Source: Bacteroidota bacterium | GTDB taxonomy: Bacteria > Bacteroidota > Ignavibacteria > UBA10030 > UBA6906 | Length of the DNA stretch: 64,000 nucleotides | Assembly: GCA_035506295.1 (NCBI GenBank) | Contig: DATJPR010000189.1 | Span: 991-64,990 of the forward strand | Direction: 5' to 3' | Part shown: one piece after another, positions 18,983 to 28,600 of the stretch | Layout: every line of letters begins with the position of its first letter | How positions within the stretch are numbered: the stretch's first letter is position 1 | The notes under the pieces: generated by a model | What the model was told of the DNA's origin: nothing | Database searches by the model: none | What the model saw: only the letters and a program-made list of their open reading frames with translations | Made by a program: the position numbers and the translations under genes

Positions 18983-19113
18983 GGTTCCTCCTGCGACGAA
19001 ATGTGCGGTTGGATTGGCCCGCGCGTCCACGCGTACGCGGGTCGCTGTGGAACGAGATGTGACGAACGGTGGTTGATGTGTTGGTCATTGCATTGAACGA
19101 CGTACGACAAGGT

Positions 19114-22110
19114 TCAGGGTTCAGGCTTCAGGATGACTCCTTTGTTCCGGTAGCCGTTGATCTTCACCGTCAGCGGACGCTGAAACTGCAGGTGGCGAGT
19201 ATAGTGCCCTTCTTCCGCCGTCCGGCATCCGCGCATCCACTCCCAGTCGATGCAACCCAGGGGCGGAGACTCGCTCACCGTGAAATACCCGATGCGAAAC
19301 GAGGTAATGTTCTGAAAGAAATGGGATCCCTGCGACGGAGTCACCGCAAGGTCTTTGAAGCCGGATTCCACGATGACACGGGCCCCTGAGATCTGCCCGT
19401 ACGTCACCGGGATCCCCAACCAGCGGTCGAGACTTCCCCACCGACCGACACCGATCAAGATGTACGGCCGCCCCGCTTTGACAAGACTCTCGTTGAACTC
19501 CGCAACTTCGTTTGCAACGACTTCACTTTTCCCCCGGTCGAATGTCTGGATGTCGACCACAACGAGATCGCGAAGCCCCGTAATCACCCCGTTGCCCAAG
19601 ACCTGCTCGCTCCGGACCAGGAGTGATGCAGCAGGAACGGACTCCACATCAAGCTCTTCCATCTCGAGACTCAAGACGAGCGGTCGGATTTGCAGCAGGG
19701 AAAATTCCTTCTTCTCGCCGGGCGCTGTGCTCAGGTTCGCCGCGAATTCGATCTCCACGTGGGTGCCCATTCCCCAATGACCGAGGTCAAGCACTGCCTC
19801 CATGATTTCCGGCAAGGGGAAGATCTTGTGTTTGAGAATAGGAGCGAAGGTGACGACACGTCTACCACTCCGTGCAATGCCATCGTATACCGAATCGTTC
19901 TCCCGGGAATAAGTGGATCCGACAAAGAGCAGTGTCTGGTCCCGTTCTGCTTTCTCGAGGTCATACGTCTTCACAAACGTCGCAGGGTCGTCGTTTCCCT
20001 GGAGGGCGAACGAACCGTTCAAATCGAGCGCCGCGAAATTCTGTTGAGCATTTTGAATGGTCTCCAGCGTGGAAAAGAACTGGAGGAGATGGCGCGGGTA
20101 CTTCGGACAGAAGCGCACGGTGTTCCCGCCTTCCACGACGGTCTTCCCCAGGCCAAGGGCCACCATGACGATGCCGTCATCCGATTTCTGTGGTGGGATG
20201 GGATAGAAGTTATATGACTTCGCAACGCCGGCGAACTCCGGGTAGAACGTTTCTCCGTGGGCCGATCCCACCATCCTCTGGATGATGACCGCCATCTTCT
20301 CTTCTTCGAGCCGGTAGGACGTGGCTGCCATGTACGCCTTCGCCTTTGTCGCAAAGGTTGAGGCGTAAACGAGTTTGATGCTGTCGAGGAGCTCCCGAAG
20401 CCTGACCGCGGGGTCAGGATGATTGTTCGGGATCATGAATGTATCGTAGACCCCTGCAAAGGGCTGGTACTGCGAATCTTCCAGGAGGCTGGACGACCGT
20501 ACGGCCAGGGGAACATGGACGATCTCGAGGAACATCCGGAGCTGTTCCAGAATATCGTGCGGGAAATACTCCGCACAGAGAAATTTCTTTTGCAGAGCAT
20601 GATCGTCCGTGCAACTCATGGCAAACGATTCAAGACTGTTCTGCGCGAGGAACCTGTCGAAGGCATCCGTCGCCACGACGATCGCCGACGGGACCTCGAT
20701 GCGCACGTCTTCAAATCGGCCCGCAACGCCGCTCTGGCTCATCAACAGATTCAGGAATCCGAGGCCGCGGGCCTTTCCACCCATCGACCCCGTTCCGACC
20801 CGGGCAAAGCTGTTCTTCACATCGAATGAATCCCGTTGGAATTCCGAGACCACACCTCGCTTGCGTGCCTCCCGGTAGGTGTTGAGGGCGCTCAGGAGAT
20901 CCCCGCGAAGATCCTCCACAGAGGCAAAGTCTTCCGGGCGCCTCGGTCGAAGGTGGTACGCCAGCGAGAATTCCGTCCTGGCCTTCAGCCAGTTCGAGAA
21001 GTGATTCTGTCGCGCGTGGAAGAGAATGCTCTCGCCCGGAACGATTCGGAGCTGCTCCGCCAATCCGGAAAGATCCCGCGCCCTGCCGACCTCCTCTCCT
21101 GTCGGCATCCGGAAAACAAAGTCCCCAAAGCCAAACCGCTCCAGCATGAATTGCCGGAGCTCATGCAGCAGGCGGGGAGACGTCTTCACAAGGAAGTCCG
21201 CATCGATCTCCTTTGCCCTCCCGGCAAACGCCGGATTGCTCGACTGGAGGAGGATAGGGATATCGGCGTGACGGGACCTCACGCGCACGGCGAAATGGAT
21301 TCCGCCCTCCGGATCGCGCCCCCCGTCCCGGAGAATGTCGATGTCGGAAATAATGGCGAGGATATAGTTCTCGTACTGCTCATAGAACCGCCACGCCTCT
21401 TCGTACGAACTACAAAAGAGGATTTTCGGCCGGGCTCGCTGACGCAGGTAACGGTGCGTGAGATTGACTCCTTCGGCGATGAGGCGGCGAGATTGGTTGA
21501 AGACTTCGGTGTAGATCAAAGGCAGGTAGAGCGAAGCGAAATTCACATTGTCTTCTACGAGGATGATCGACTGGACACCGACCGCCGTGGTGTCCTCGGC
21601 CACGTTCGCGCGGTCTTCGATCGACTTGATGATCGCCACGAGCAGGCGGTAGTCGCCTTTCCAGATAAATACCTGGTTGAAGACCGAAACGTCGGCGGCT
21701 TGCATGAGCTCCTTGCGTTCCTGGTTGTCATAGGCAAGAAGGACTATCGGCGTCTGCGGGGAGATCTGCCGGATCGCTGCGGCCAGACGGACAACGCGCA
21801 TGTCCTCGACATGGATCGTCGTGATCACAAGATCGAAATGCTCGCCGCTTCGAAGGAGATCCAGGGCCTCCCGGCCGCTGGTGAGGTTGGTGACTTCGGG
21901 GAGGTGACTGAGGTCAAGGGCCTGGAATTCGCGCCGGATGAGCTCGTGCAACTGCCCATCCTCTTCAAAGAGGTAGCTGTCGTACAGGCTCGAAACCAGA
22001 AGGATGTCTCTGATCTTGAAGCGGATCAGACGCTGTAGAGCCTTCAGGCGGCTGCCGTACAGATCCTCGTCGTCGGGATGGTGAATGCCACCCACGAGAG
22101 AAGGCTCCAT
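19114..22110 (-). CDS. Pseudo-receiver + receiver + PPDK_N (ATP-grasp) domain protein, paralogue B
   Basis: Same architecture and many identical blocks as 14573..17608 (IRDILLVSSLYD, LVEDN, ISDIDI, GGKARGLGF, PLAVRSSSLLEDSQYQPFAGVYDT, SQGSHFFQNITSF). ATG 22110 (MEPSLVGG...) is preceded by AAGGGAGAG and aligns with the N-terminus of paralogue A. The tracked ORF extends to 22320. Confidence 0.8.
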   Translation of the reverse strand: MEPSLVGGIHHPDDEDLYGSRLKALQRLIRFKIRDILLVSSLYDSYLFEEDGQLHELIRREFQALDLSHLPEVTNLTSGREALDLLRSGEHFDLVITTIHVEDMRVVRLAAAIRQISPQTPIVLLAYDNQERKELMQAADVSVFNQVFIWKGDYRLLVAIIKSIEDRANVAEDTTAVGVQSIILVEDNVNFASLYLPLIYTEVFNQSRRLIAEGVNLTHRYLRQRARPKILFCSSYEEAWRFYEQYENYILAIISDIDILRDGGRDPEGGIHFAVRVRSRHADIPILLQSSNPAFAGRAKEIDADFLVKTSPRLLHELRQFMLERFGFGDFVFRMPTGEEVGRARDLSGLAEQLRIVPGESILFHARQNHFSNWLKARTEFSLAYHLRPRRPEDFASVEDLRGDLLSALNTYREARKRGVVSEFQRDSFDVKNSFARVGTGSMGGKARGLGFLNLLMSQSGVAGRFEDVRIEVPSAIVVATDAFDRFLAQNSLESFAMSCTDDHALQKKFLCAEYFPHDILEQLRMFLEIVHVPLAVRSSSLLEDSQYQPFAGVYDTFMIPNNHPDPAVRLRELLDSIKLVYASTFATKAKAYMAATSYRLEEEKMAVIIQRMVGSAHGETFYPEFAGVAKSYNFYPIPPQKSDDGIVMVALGLGKTVVEGGNTVRFCPKYPRHLLQFFSTLETIQNAQQNFAALDLNGSFALQGNDDPATFVKTYDLEKAERDQTLLFVGSTYSRENDSVYDGIARSGRRVVTFAPILKHKIFPLPEIMEAVLDLGHWGMGTHVEIEFAANLSTAPGEKKEFSLLQIRPLVLSLEMEELDVESVPAASLLVRSEQVLGNGVITGLRDLVVVDIQTFDRGKSEVVANEVAEFNESLVKAGRPYILIGVGRWGSLDRWLGIPVTYGQISGARVIVESGFKDLAVTPSQGSHFFQNITSFRIGYFTVSESPPLGCIDWEWMRGCRTAEEGHYTRHLQFQRPLTVKINGYRNKGVILKPEP

Positions 22111-22675
22111 GGTCTCTCCCTTCGGCAATTGCGGAGCATGAGACTTCCGGAAATTCGATCTGCAGACTGCACGTACGCGAGAGATGTCGGCACGCACGTC
22201 AAACGCATCGAGTTCAGAGAAGCAGGCGCCGAACAGCGGCAAGCTGTGGGAAGAAAAGGTGGGAATGGCCGTCGTCGTCCGGTTCTGGGTGGGCCGGAGC
22301 GATGAGCGGGGATCGGACACCAGGATCGCTGGTTGTTCGACGCGGGATATCTTTGAAAGAACGCAACCCTCAGGACTCGCAACAACCTGACCAGACGAAT
22401 TGATTGCACACCACTGCAGGCCGTCCGGTCTCGTGCTTAGGAAATGAAACGCTGTTGCGATGCCGCTGGAGAAGTCGTGCGAGAAGTTAAGAGAAAATGG
22501 CCGACAGAGTCAAGTGAAGCGCCGCCGGGGGGAGCGGCTCCACACCGGAAAGTAGTCGGCAGAGACGGCAGACTCAAACAATGGCTGCAACATCAAGGGA
22601 TGCAAGTCCGTATTATTGCTGGTGTTGCACCACCTACAACCGACTTTCTTCATCCCTTTCTCAATAAACCTATCA

Positions 22676-23233
22676 ATGGCAGAACACATTTGTCCCTGGT
22701 GGCTCGGGTATGCCCTGGCCAATCCTCTTCGGAAACTCATCAACAACCCCGACAGTATACTCAAGCCGTTCGTTGCGGAGGGAATGCGAGTGTTGGAGGT
22801 CGGACCCGGCATGGGATTCTTCAGCGTTCCGATAGCCCGCCTCGTCGGTCCCCGCGGCCGACTCTATTGTGTGGACGTTCAGCAGAAGATGATCGACGGC
22901 CTGAAACGACGTCTGGAGAAGAAAGGGGTGATTGACCGTGTGGAAGCCCGCGTTTGCCCGGGAGATTCCCTCGCAATCGACGACCTTCGTCAGTCGATCG
23001 ATGTTGTCCTGGCGATTGCCGTGATCCACGAGATCCCGAGAGCCAACCAATCGATTGCCGAAATGGCGGGCGCGTTGCGATCAGGCGGGAAAATGGTCAT
23101 CTCCGAGCCCGCAGGACATGTGACCCCAGCCGGTTTTGCCGAGACCACGGCCCTGGCACGGAACTGCGGCCTGCTGGTCATCGCAAACCCTGTTCTCCGA
23201 GGGACCCTGTCGGTCGTTCTGCAGAAACTGTGA
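22676..23233 (+). CDS. Class I SAM-dependent methyltransferase
   Basis: Motif I VLEVGPGMGFFS, post-I YCVDVQ, and IAVIHEIP. Start chosen at MAEHICPWWLGY (Met21 of the tracked ORF). Confidence 0.7.
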   Translation: MAEHICPWWLGYALANPLRKLINNPDSILKPFVAEGMRVLEVGPGMGFFSVPIARLVGPRGRLYCVDVQQKMIDGLKRRLEKKGVIDRVEARVCPGDSLAIDDLRQSIDVVLAIAVIHEIPRANQSIAEMAGALRSGGKMVISEPAGHVTPAGFAETTALARNCGLLVIANPVLRGTLSVVLQKL

Positions 23234-23242
23234 CCGATGTTC

Positions 23243-24088
23243 TCAGAAGACGAAGCTGCCCGTGAGCGTGACGCCGTACTGTTGCGTCCTGCTTGCGGGT
23301 TCGTAAATGTACGCGTACTGCTGCCCGAGGATCACTTCAGGAGAATTGTTGCTCTGGCCGATCGCAGAATATTCATACCAGAACGTCACGGCGAGCCCCC
23401 AAAAATCCCGCGACGTGTATTCCACTGGAAGCGCGACGTGCCATCCCACTTTGTTCCCAAGAGTGAGCGTCGGGCTGTCGAACTGCGGCAGCGCTATCGC
23501 AATCGACCCCGACACCATGATCCGGCAGGCTGCATCAAGCGCAAGGCTCCAGTGGCGATCGAAGGCTAGCCTGCACTTCAGGCCGACGGGAATGTAACTC
23601 CAGGAATACTCCTCGCGGTACCCCTGCAGATCGTTGTGGTTCGAGATATCCCGCCTCCAGAATCTATATCCGTAGCCGCTGTAAGGTGTGAGATCCAGAG
23701 AGGAGCCGCCAATCCGGTAGAACGTGAAGCCGGCGTCGACCTCGAACCGGGAAAACCAGTCGCTGGTATTCTCCGTGAAGTCCTTCGACTGACCATAGAA
23801 GTCAGTTTCATTCGATCCGTATTGCGTCCCGCTCGGGGAGAAATCCCACTGCGCCCGACCCCAGAGGGGCAAAGATTTCCCTCCGTCAAACTCATATCCA
23901 AATGCGACGCCGAACAGCCACCCGTTCTCTGTGCTCTTTCCAGGAGGGTCCCATTGTTCCTCGTAGTCGAACGAGTGAAGGATCATGGAGAGCGACAGCT
24001 TCTGCGTCGGAGAGGCCGGCGGAGACGGCGATGCGGCCAGCGCTATGCTGCAACTGAACAGAAGAAGGACGAGAGGAGAGCGTACCAT
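23243..24088 (-). CDS. Outer-membrane beta-barrel protein (unknown family)
   Basis: Signal peptide MVRSPLVLLLFSCSIALAA. Alternating aromatic/hydrophilic strand pattern rich in Y/W/G, with a C-terminal ...LTGSFVF ending in Phe. Confidence 0.5.
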   Translation of the reverse strand: MVRSPLVLLLFSCSIALAASPSPPASPTQKLSLSMILHSFDYEEQWDPPGKSTENGWLFGVAFGYEFDGGKSLPLWGRAQWDFSPSGTQYGSNETDFYGQSKDFTENTSDWFSRFEVDAGFTFYRIGGSSLDLTPYSGYGYRFWRRDISNHNDLQGYREEYSWSYIPVGLKCRLAFDRHWSLALDAACRIMVSGSIAIALPQFDSPTLTLGNKVGWHVALPVEYTSRDFWGLAVTFWYEYSAIGQSNNSPEVILGQQYAYIYEPASRTQQYGVTLTGSFVF

Positions 24089-24129
24089 GGTCTGACCCTC
24101 GATGATGGCGTGAGGAACAACAACACGGC

Positions 24130-25008
24130 TCAGCGGTGGGGGTTGCCCCGTGCGGGGTCCTGCTGGCGAAGGATTCTTCGAAGTTCAGACTCGACGAGGC
24201 GAAGGTCTTCGTCGAGGAAATGACGTGAGAACCTCCGGGCGCGGCGGACGTCATCGTCGTCGATGTCCCCGACCACCAGGTCCTGGTCGAACAATTTGGC
24301 AGCGACCTCATTCTCACCGTCAGGCGAGACGATTTCCGATCCGCCCCAGAAACTCACGCCATCTTCGATGCCGACGCGATTGCAGAACACGAGGAAGACC
24401 GACAGCAGACGGGCGAGAGCGCGGTGGTTTTCCCCGTTCGCGGTCGCGATCGCCGGAATGGCGCCGGGCCCTGCCACGCGCGTCGGGCTGGCAACGAGCG
24501 TGATGATGGTCGTCGCGCCGTCGGCGGCGAGCAGATACGGCAGGGAAAGGTGCCACAGGTCTTCGCAGATCAGGACACCGATGCGTCCGACCGACGTGTC
24601 GATGGCCTGCACGCTTCTGCCGGCGCTGAAGTAGCGAAGCTCTTCAAACATCCCGTATGTCGGCGGGTAGATCTTCCGGTGAACGGTCCGCATCGTCCCT
24701 CCCTCGATGAGGAAGGCCGAGTTGTAGATGCCATAATCCTCCCCTTCCGATATTCCTCCGACGAGGAGCGAGATCCCCTTGCTCAGATCGAGAAGCGGTG
24801 CAAGGCTTGACGGCGGACTGGACGGCCTGAAGCAGAGTTCCCAGTGCATGTCCTTGACCGAGTACCCCGTCAGACTGAGCTCCGGGAACACTGCGAGCTT
24901 TGCGCCCTGAGCACGCGCGCGCTCCGCGAACGCGGCGTGCGTCTCGACGTTCTTTGCAATATCGCCGAGGACAGGATCAATTTGTGCGAGGGCGAGACGG
25001 GTGGTCAT
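24130..25008 (-). CDS. Carbon-nitrogen hydrolase (nitrilase superfamily)
   Basis: Glu-Lys-Cys triad contexts: VFPELSLTGY, HRKIYPP, GVLICEDLWH. The ATG at 25008 overlaps the TGA of the receiver gene (ATGA). Confidence 0.8.
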   Translation of the reverse strand: MTTRLALAQIDPVLGDIAKNVETHAAFAERARAQGAKLAVFPELSLTGYSVKDMHWELCFRPSSPPSSLAPLLDLSKGISLLVGGISEGEDYGIYNSAFLIEGGTMRTVHRKIYPPTYGMFEELRYFSAGRSVQAIDTSVGRIGVLICEDLWHLSLPYLLAADGATTIITLVASPTRVAGPGAIPAIATANGENHRALARLLSVFLVFCNRVGIEDGVSFWGGSEIVSPDGENEVAAKLFDQDLVVGDIDDDDVRRARRFSRHFLDEDLRLVESELRRILRQQDPARGNPHR

Positions 25009-25685
25009 TCGGATAGATCGAACATACGGATGTCACGGATGTAGGGAATCGTCTTGTCGCTCTTGAGTTCCTTGAGCTGGGAGATCTTCTTCTCGATCCG
25101 CTGCAGGTTGTCTCTGATGATCACCAGATACGACGTGAGTCCGTCGTTGGTGTGCGCCTCCATGAGCTGGTTCACGCGGAGGGCCATCACGTCGAGGGGG
25201 CCGCGGAGATCCGTGGTCATCTTCCCCACCATTTCCTGGATCGCCTCGAGGCGCTTTCGTGTCACCTCCAGGCTCACCCGTTGTTCTTCGAGCCGTTGCT
25301 GCTCGATCACTTTCAGGATGGTCCCGGGGAGCACCGGCGTCGTTGCGTCCTCCTTCAGGAGATAGTCGGCCACCCCGAGCTTCAGCACTTCGACGGCAAG
25401 ATCGAAATCCTTGTTGACCGTAAGAAAGATGATCGGAACGTTGACACCCTGCGACCGAAGCGATTTGGTGATCTCCAACCCGTTCTGGCCGGGAAGAAAA
25501 TAGTCCATCAGGATCACGTCGAACGGGCCGTCGTTCCTGACTGCGGCTTCCGCGCTCACGCTGTCCCCGCGCCACGTCACGGTGAATTTCTGGGGTTGGT
25601 GCCTCCGGAGAAACACCTGCACCAGCGTGGCGAAATCGCGATTATCGTCGACCAGGAGAACCTTGATGGTGCTTGACGACTCCAT
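25005..25685 (-). CDS. Response-regulator receiver protein with C-terminal coiled-coil/degenerate DHp-like domain
   Basis: KVLLVDDN ... VILMDYFLPGQNG ... IIFLTV ... DYLLKE is a canonical receiver. The C-terminal MTTDLRGPLDVMALRVNQL resembles an H-box (xHELRTPL) without the His. No DNA-binding or ATPase domain was seen. Confidence 0.8.
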   Translation of the reverse strand: MESSSTIKVLLVDDNRDFATLVQVFLRRHQPQKFTVTWRGDSVSAEAAVRNDGPFDVILMDYFLPGQNGLEITKSLRSQGVNVPIIFLTVNKDFDLAVEVLKLGVADYLLKEDATTPVLPGTILKVIEQQRLEEQRVSLEVTRKRLEAIQEMVGKMTTDLRGPLDVMALRVNQLMEAHTNDGLTSYLVIIRDNLQRIEKKISQLKELKSDKTIPYIRDIRMFDLSE

Positions 25686-25689
25686 AGCC

Positions 25690-28600
25690 CTATTTAGCCG
25701 TGGTGGTTGTCCGGCGCGGAACGGAGAAGGAGAAGCGCGTCCCTTGTCCGACAGTGGAATCGACCCAGATCTTCCCGCCGTGTCGCTCCACGATCTTTTT
25801 GACGATCGTGAGGCCGGCGCCCGTTCCCGGGAAGACTTCTGCCGGGTGCAGTCGTTGGAAAATGACGAAGATCTTCTCGAAATATTCCTGGGGAATGCCG
25901 ATGCCGTTGTCCGCGATACAGAACGTATAAAACTCCCGCGAAGTCTCCACGGAGATGGTCACACGCGGGTGTTCGCTATTGTTGAACTTGATCCCGTTCG
26001 ATATCAAATTCCGGAAGACCAGTCCCAGTTGAGTTCCGTTGTAGTGGACCGACGGGAGGGAGTCGGGAACCTCCACCGTAGCGCCGCGTTCCCGGATGCG
26101 GTATTCGAGGTCGCGGAGAACCGCGCTGACGACCTGCTTCGCATCGACCGTCGAAGTTTCGTAGCGCGCCCGGCCCACCCGGGACAACGTCAAAAGATCA
26201 TCGATCAAACGCTTGAGCCGCTCCGTTGCTTGAACGATCGAGCGGAGGTAGTCGACCGCCTCGGCATTCAGTTCGCCGGCGAACTCTTGCTGCACGACGG
26301 TGCTGTATCCTTCGATCGTGATCAGCGGCTCTTTCAGGTCGTGCGAAACGACGTACGTAAAATCGTCAAGGTCGCGGTTGCGCGCCTCGATTTCGGCCGC
26401 CTTCTCCAGCGTATCTTCATACAGGACAATACGATCGAGCGCTATGCCCGCCAAAGTACCAATACTTTGCGCGAGACGCAAGTCGCTCTCCTCGAAGGAT
26501 GCATCCGACGATCGGCAGACCGTAAATACGCCGTGCATGAGATCTTTGCCACGCACACTGACCGCAATACACTGACGGGAATCGCCTTCCCCCTCGTGGA
26601 TCCCCTCACCTCTATCGATCAGCAAGCGGTCCTGTTCCCGGATCTCCGAAGGTAAGAGGCGCCCGCCGCCTGTCACGAACACGCGCGACGCGCGGAGTGC
26701 ACCGTCATTCCCCGTTGCCGCGTACACGAACCGATCGTACTCGACGGAGTGGAGGACCTCTTCCGCGATCACGGCGATGACATGTTCGCTGTCCAGCGCT
26801 CCCGCGAGCGACTCTCCCACCTTCGAAAGCGCCTGGACGCGATGCACCTGGGCCTGAATTTCGCCGTACAAGAGAGCATTCTGCACTGCAGGCCCGAGCT
26901 GATCCGCGATCGGCTGCAGCACGCTGATGTCGTCGGGGGCAAACATCGTCTTCGTCTTTCCCGCGAGCTCGAGCGTGCCGATCACTCGTTCCTTGAGGAT
27001 GACCGGGATGCTCATGTACGATGCGAATCCCGAGAAATAGCCGGGAAGCGTGTCACCGCTTTCATCCATATCGTTGTAGAGCACGGGCTCCCGCGTCTCG
27101 ATGACCCTCTGCGCCGGCGTTCCTTCAACGGCCGCTGTATTGCCCGGCACCGGCCGGCCAGACCCTTCCGGCGTGAAACTCGCCACGATCTCGAGCGATT
27201 TCCCGTCCTTCGAGAGAAGGTCGAGCACGGCAACGTCGCAGGGAACGATGGCAATGATCTCCGCCGCAACCACGTCAAAAATAGCCGTGATGTCGAGCGA
27301 CGCATTCGCCGCGCTGACAATCCTGTTGAGCATCACGACCTGGCGGTTGGTGCGGGCCAGCGTATCGGAGAGAGTCTTCCGTTCCGTGATGTTCCTCGCG
27401 ATGTTCAACATCGCGTAAGGTTCACCGGCGGCGTTCATGAGAAGCGACGTATTCAGGCTGATGGCCAGACGCCGTCCGTCGCGGGCCACCCAGTTCATGT
27501 CGAAGTCACGAAGCGATTTCTTTTCCCGCAGCGCGGTGATCCATCGCATGATCGTCCCGTATTCCTCATCCAGCAGCCAGGGATAGGGAAGATGCATGCC
27601 GATCGCTTCGTGGCGGGAGTATCCTGTGAGCCGCGTGAACTCCGTGTTCACTTCGGCGATCTTCCCTTGCAGGTCGGTGATGCTGAAGGCATCTCCCATC
27701 TTGTCGATCACCGTCGCCATGATGGCATCCGACCCGGCGATGGTCACCGGGGCATCCACATCCCGCGGGTGCTTGTCCGCCTTTGCGGGACGCGATTCCT
27801 CAAGAATCTCTGTTATGTCGGTCACGAGACCGCGGATCGATGACAATCGTCCCTCGCCGTCGAACGAGTACCGGAAGTGGTCCCGCACCGTGCGTGGCTC
27901 CGCCTTCCCCTTCGGCAACATCCGGTACTGTACCTCCCCTTCCTTCTCCTCCGAGTGCTGTTTGCCGATCCGTGCGGCGTATGACGTACGATCATCCGGA
28001 TGCACGCATTGCCGCCACAGATCCGGGTTCCGGTAAAATTCCACCGGTTCGTGACCGAGGAGCACCCTGACATTCCCCGTGAGAAGCACGAACGCTCCGT
28101 CAGCTCCGAGCTCATACGCGACCCCGGACAGCGAGTCGAGGAGCACGCGCTCCCGGTGTTCATTCTCGCCAAGCTTCGTGTAGCGCACGGCGAAATCCAC
28201 CGCTTCCCCTGCTTCACGGGAGAGTCGCTCTTGAAAAGCCTGAGTCAGTTCGGACGCATCGATGGACTTCCGAGAACAGAGCAGGAGCATGCCACGCAGG
28301 GAGCCGCGGGCAGCAAGCGGGAGGTACACCATGGTTCGGAATCCCGCGGATTCGAAGAGGACCTTGTACGGAAGATGCGCCGGGTAGTTTTCAAGCTGGA
28401 GATGAAGCGGCGCCTGCGTGCGCGCCACGAACCCGGTGATCCCTTCCTGGAGCGATTGCGATTCCAGCGTACCAAAGGCCGTCTCCGGGATGTTCTCGAC
28501 CGCCGCAACGTGCAAGGAGCCGTCGGGCGTTACGGCTTCGTAGCCGATACCGGCATCAAGGCCGAGATATTTCAAAGAAGAGAAGAGCAAGGCGCGTATG

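Noticed and set aside
18983-19113. GC palindrome CCCGCG...ACGCGT...CGCGGG in the spacer between paralogue B and gdhA, considered as an internal terminator.
   Set aside because: No U-tract follows on the transcribed strand and the stem is short. It may be an intercistronic structure, but I cannot support a terminator call.
22111-22320. 70-codon upstream extension of paralogue B (MSDPRSSLRPTQNRTTT...).
   Set aside because: It has no counterpart in paralogue A, and the internal ATG 22110 has a good Shine-Dalgarno and aligns with A's N-terminus. The extension is kept only as an alternative.
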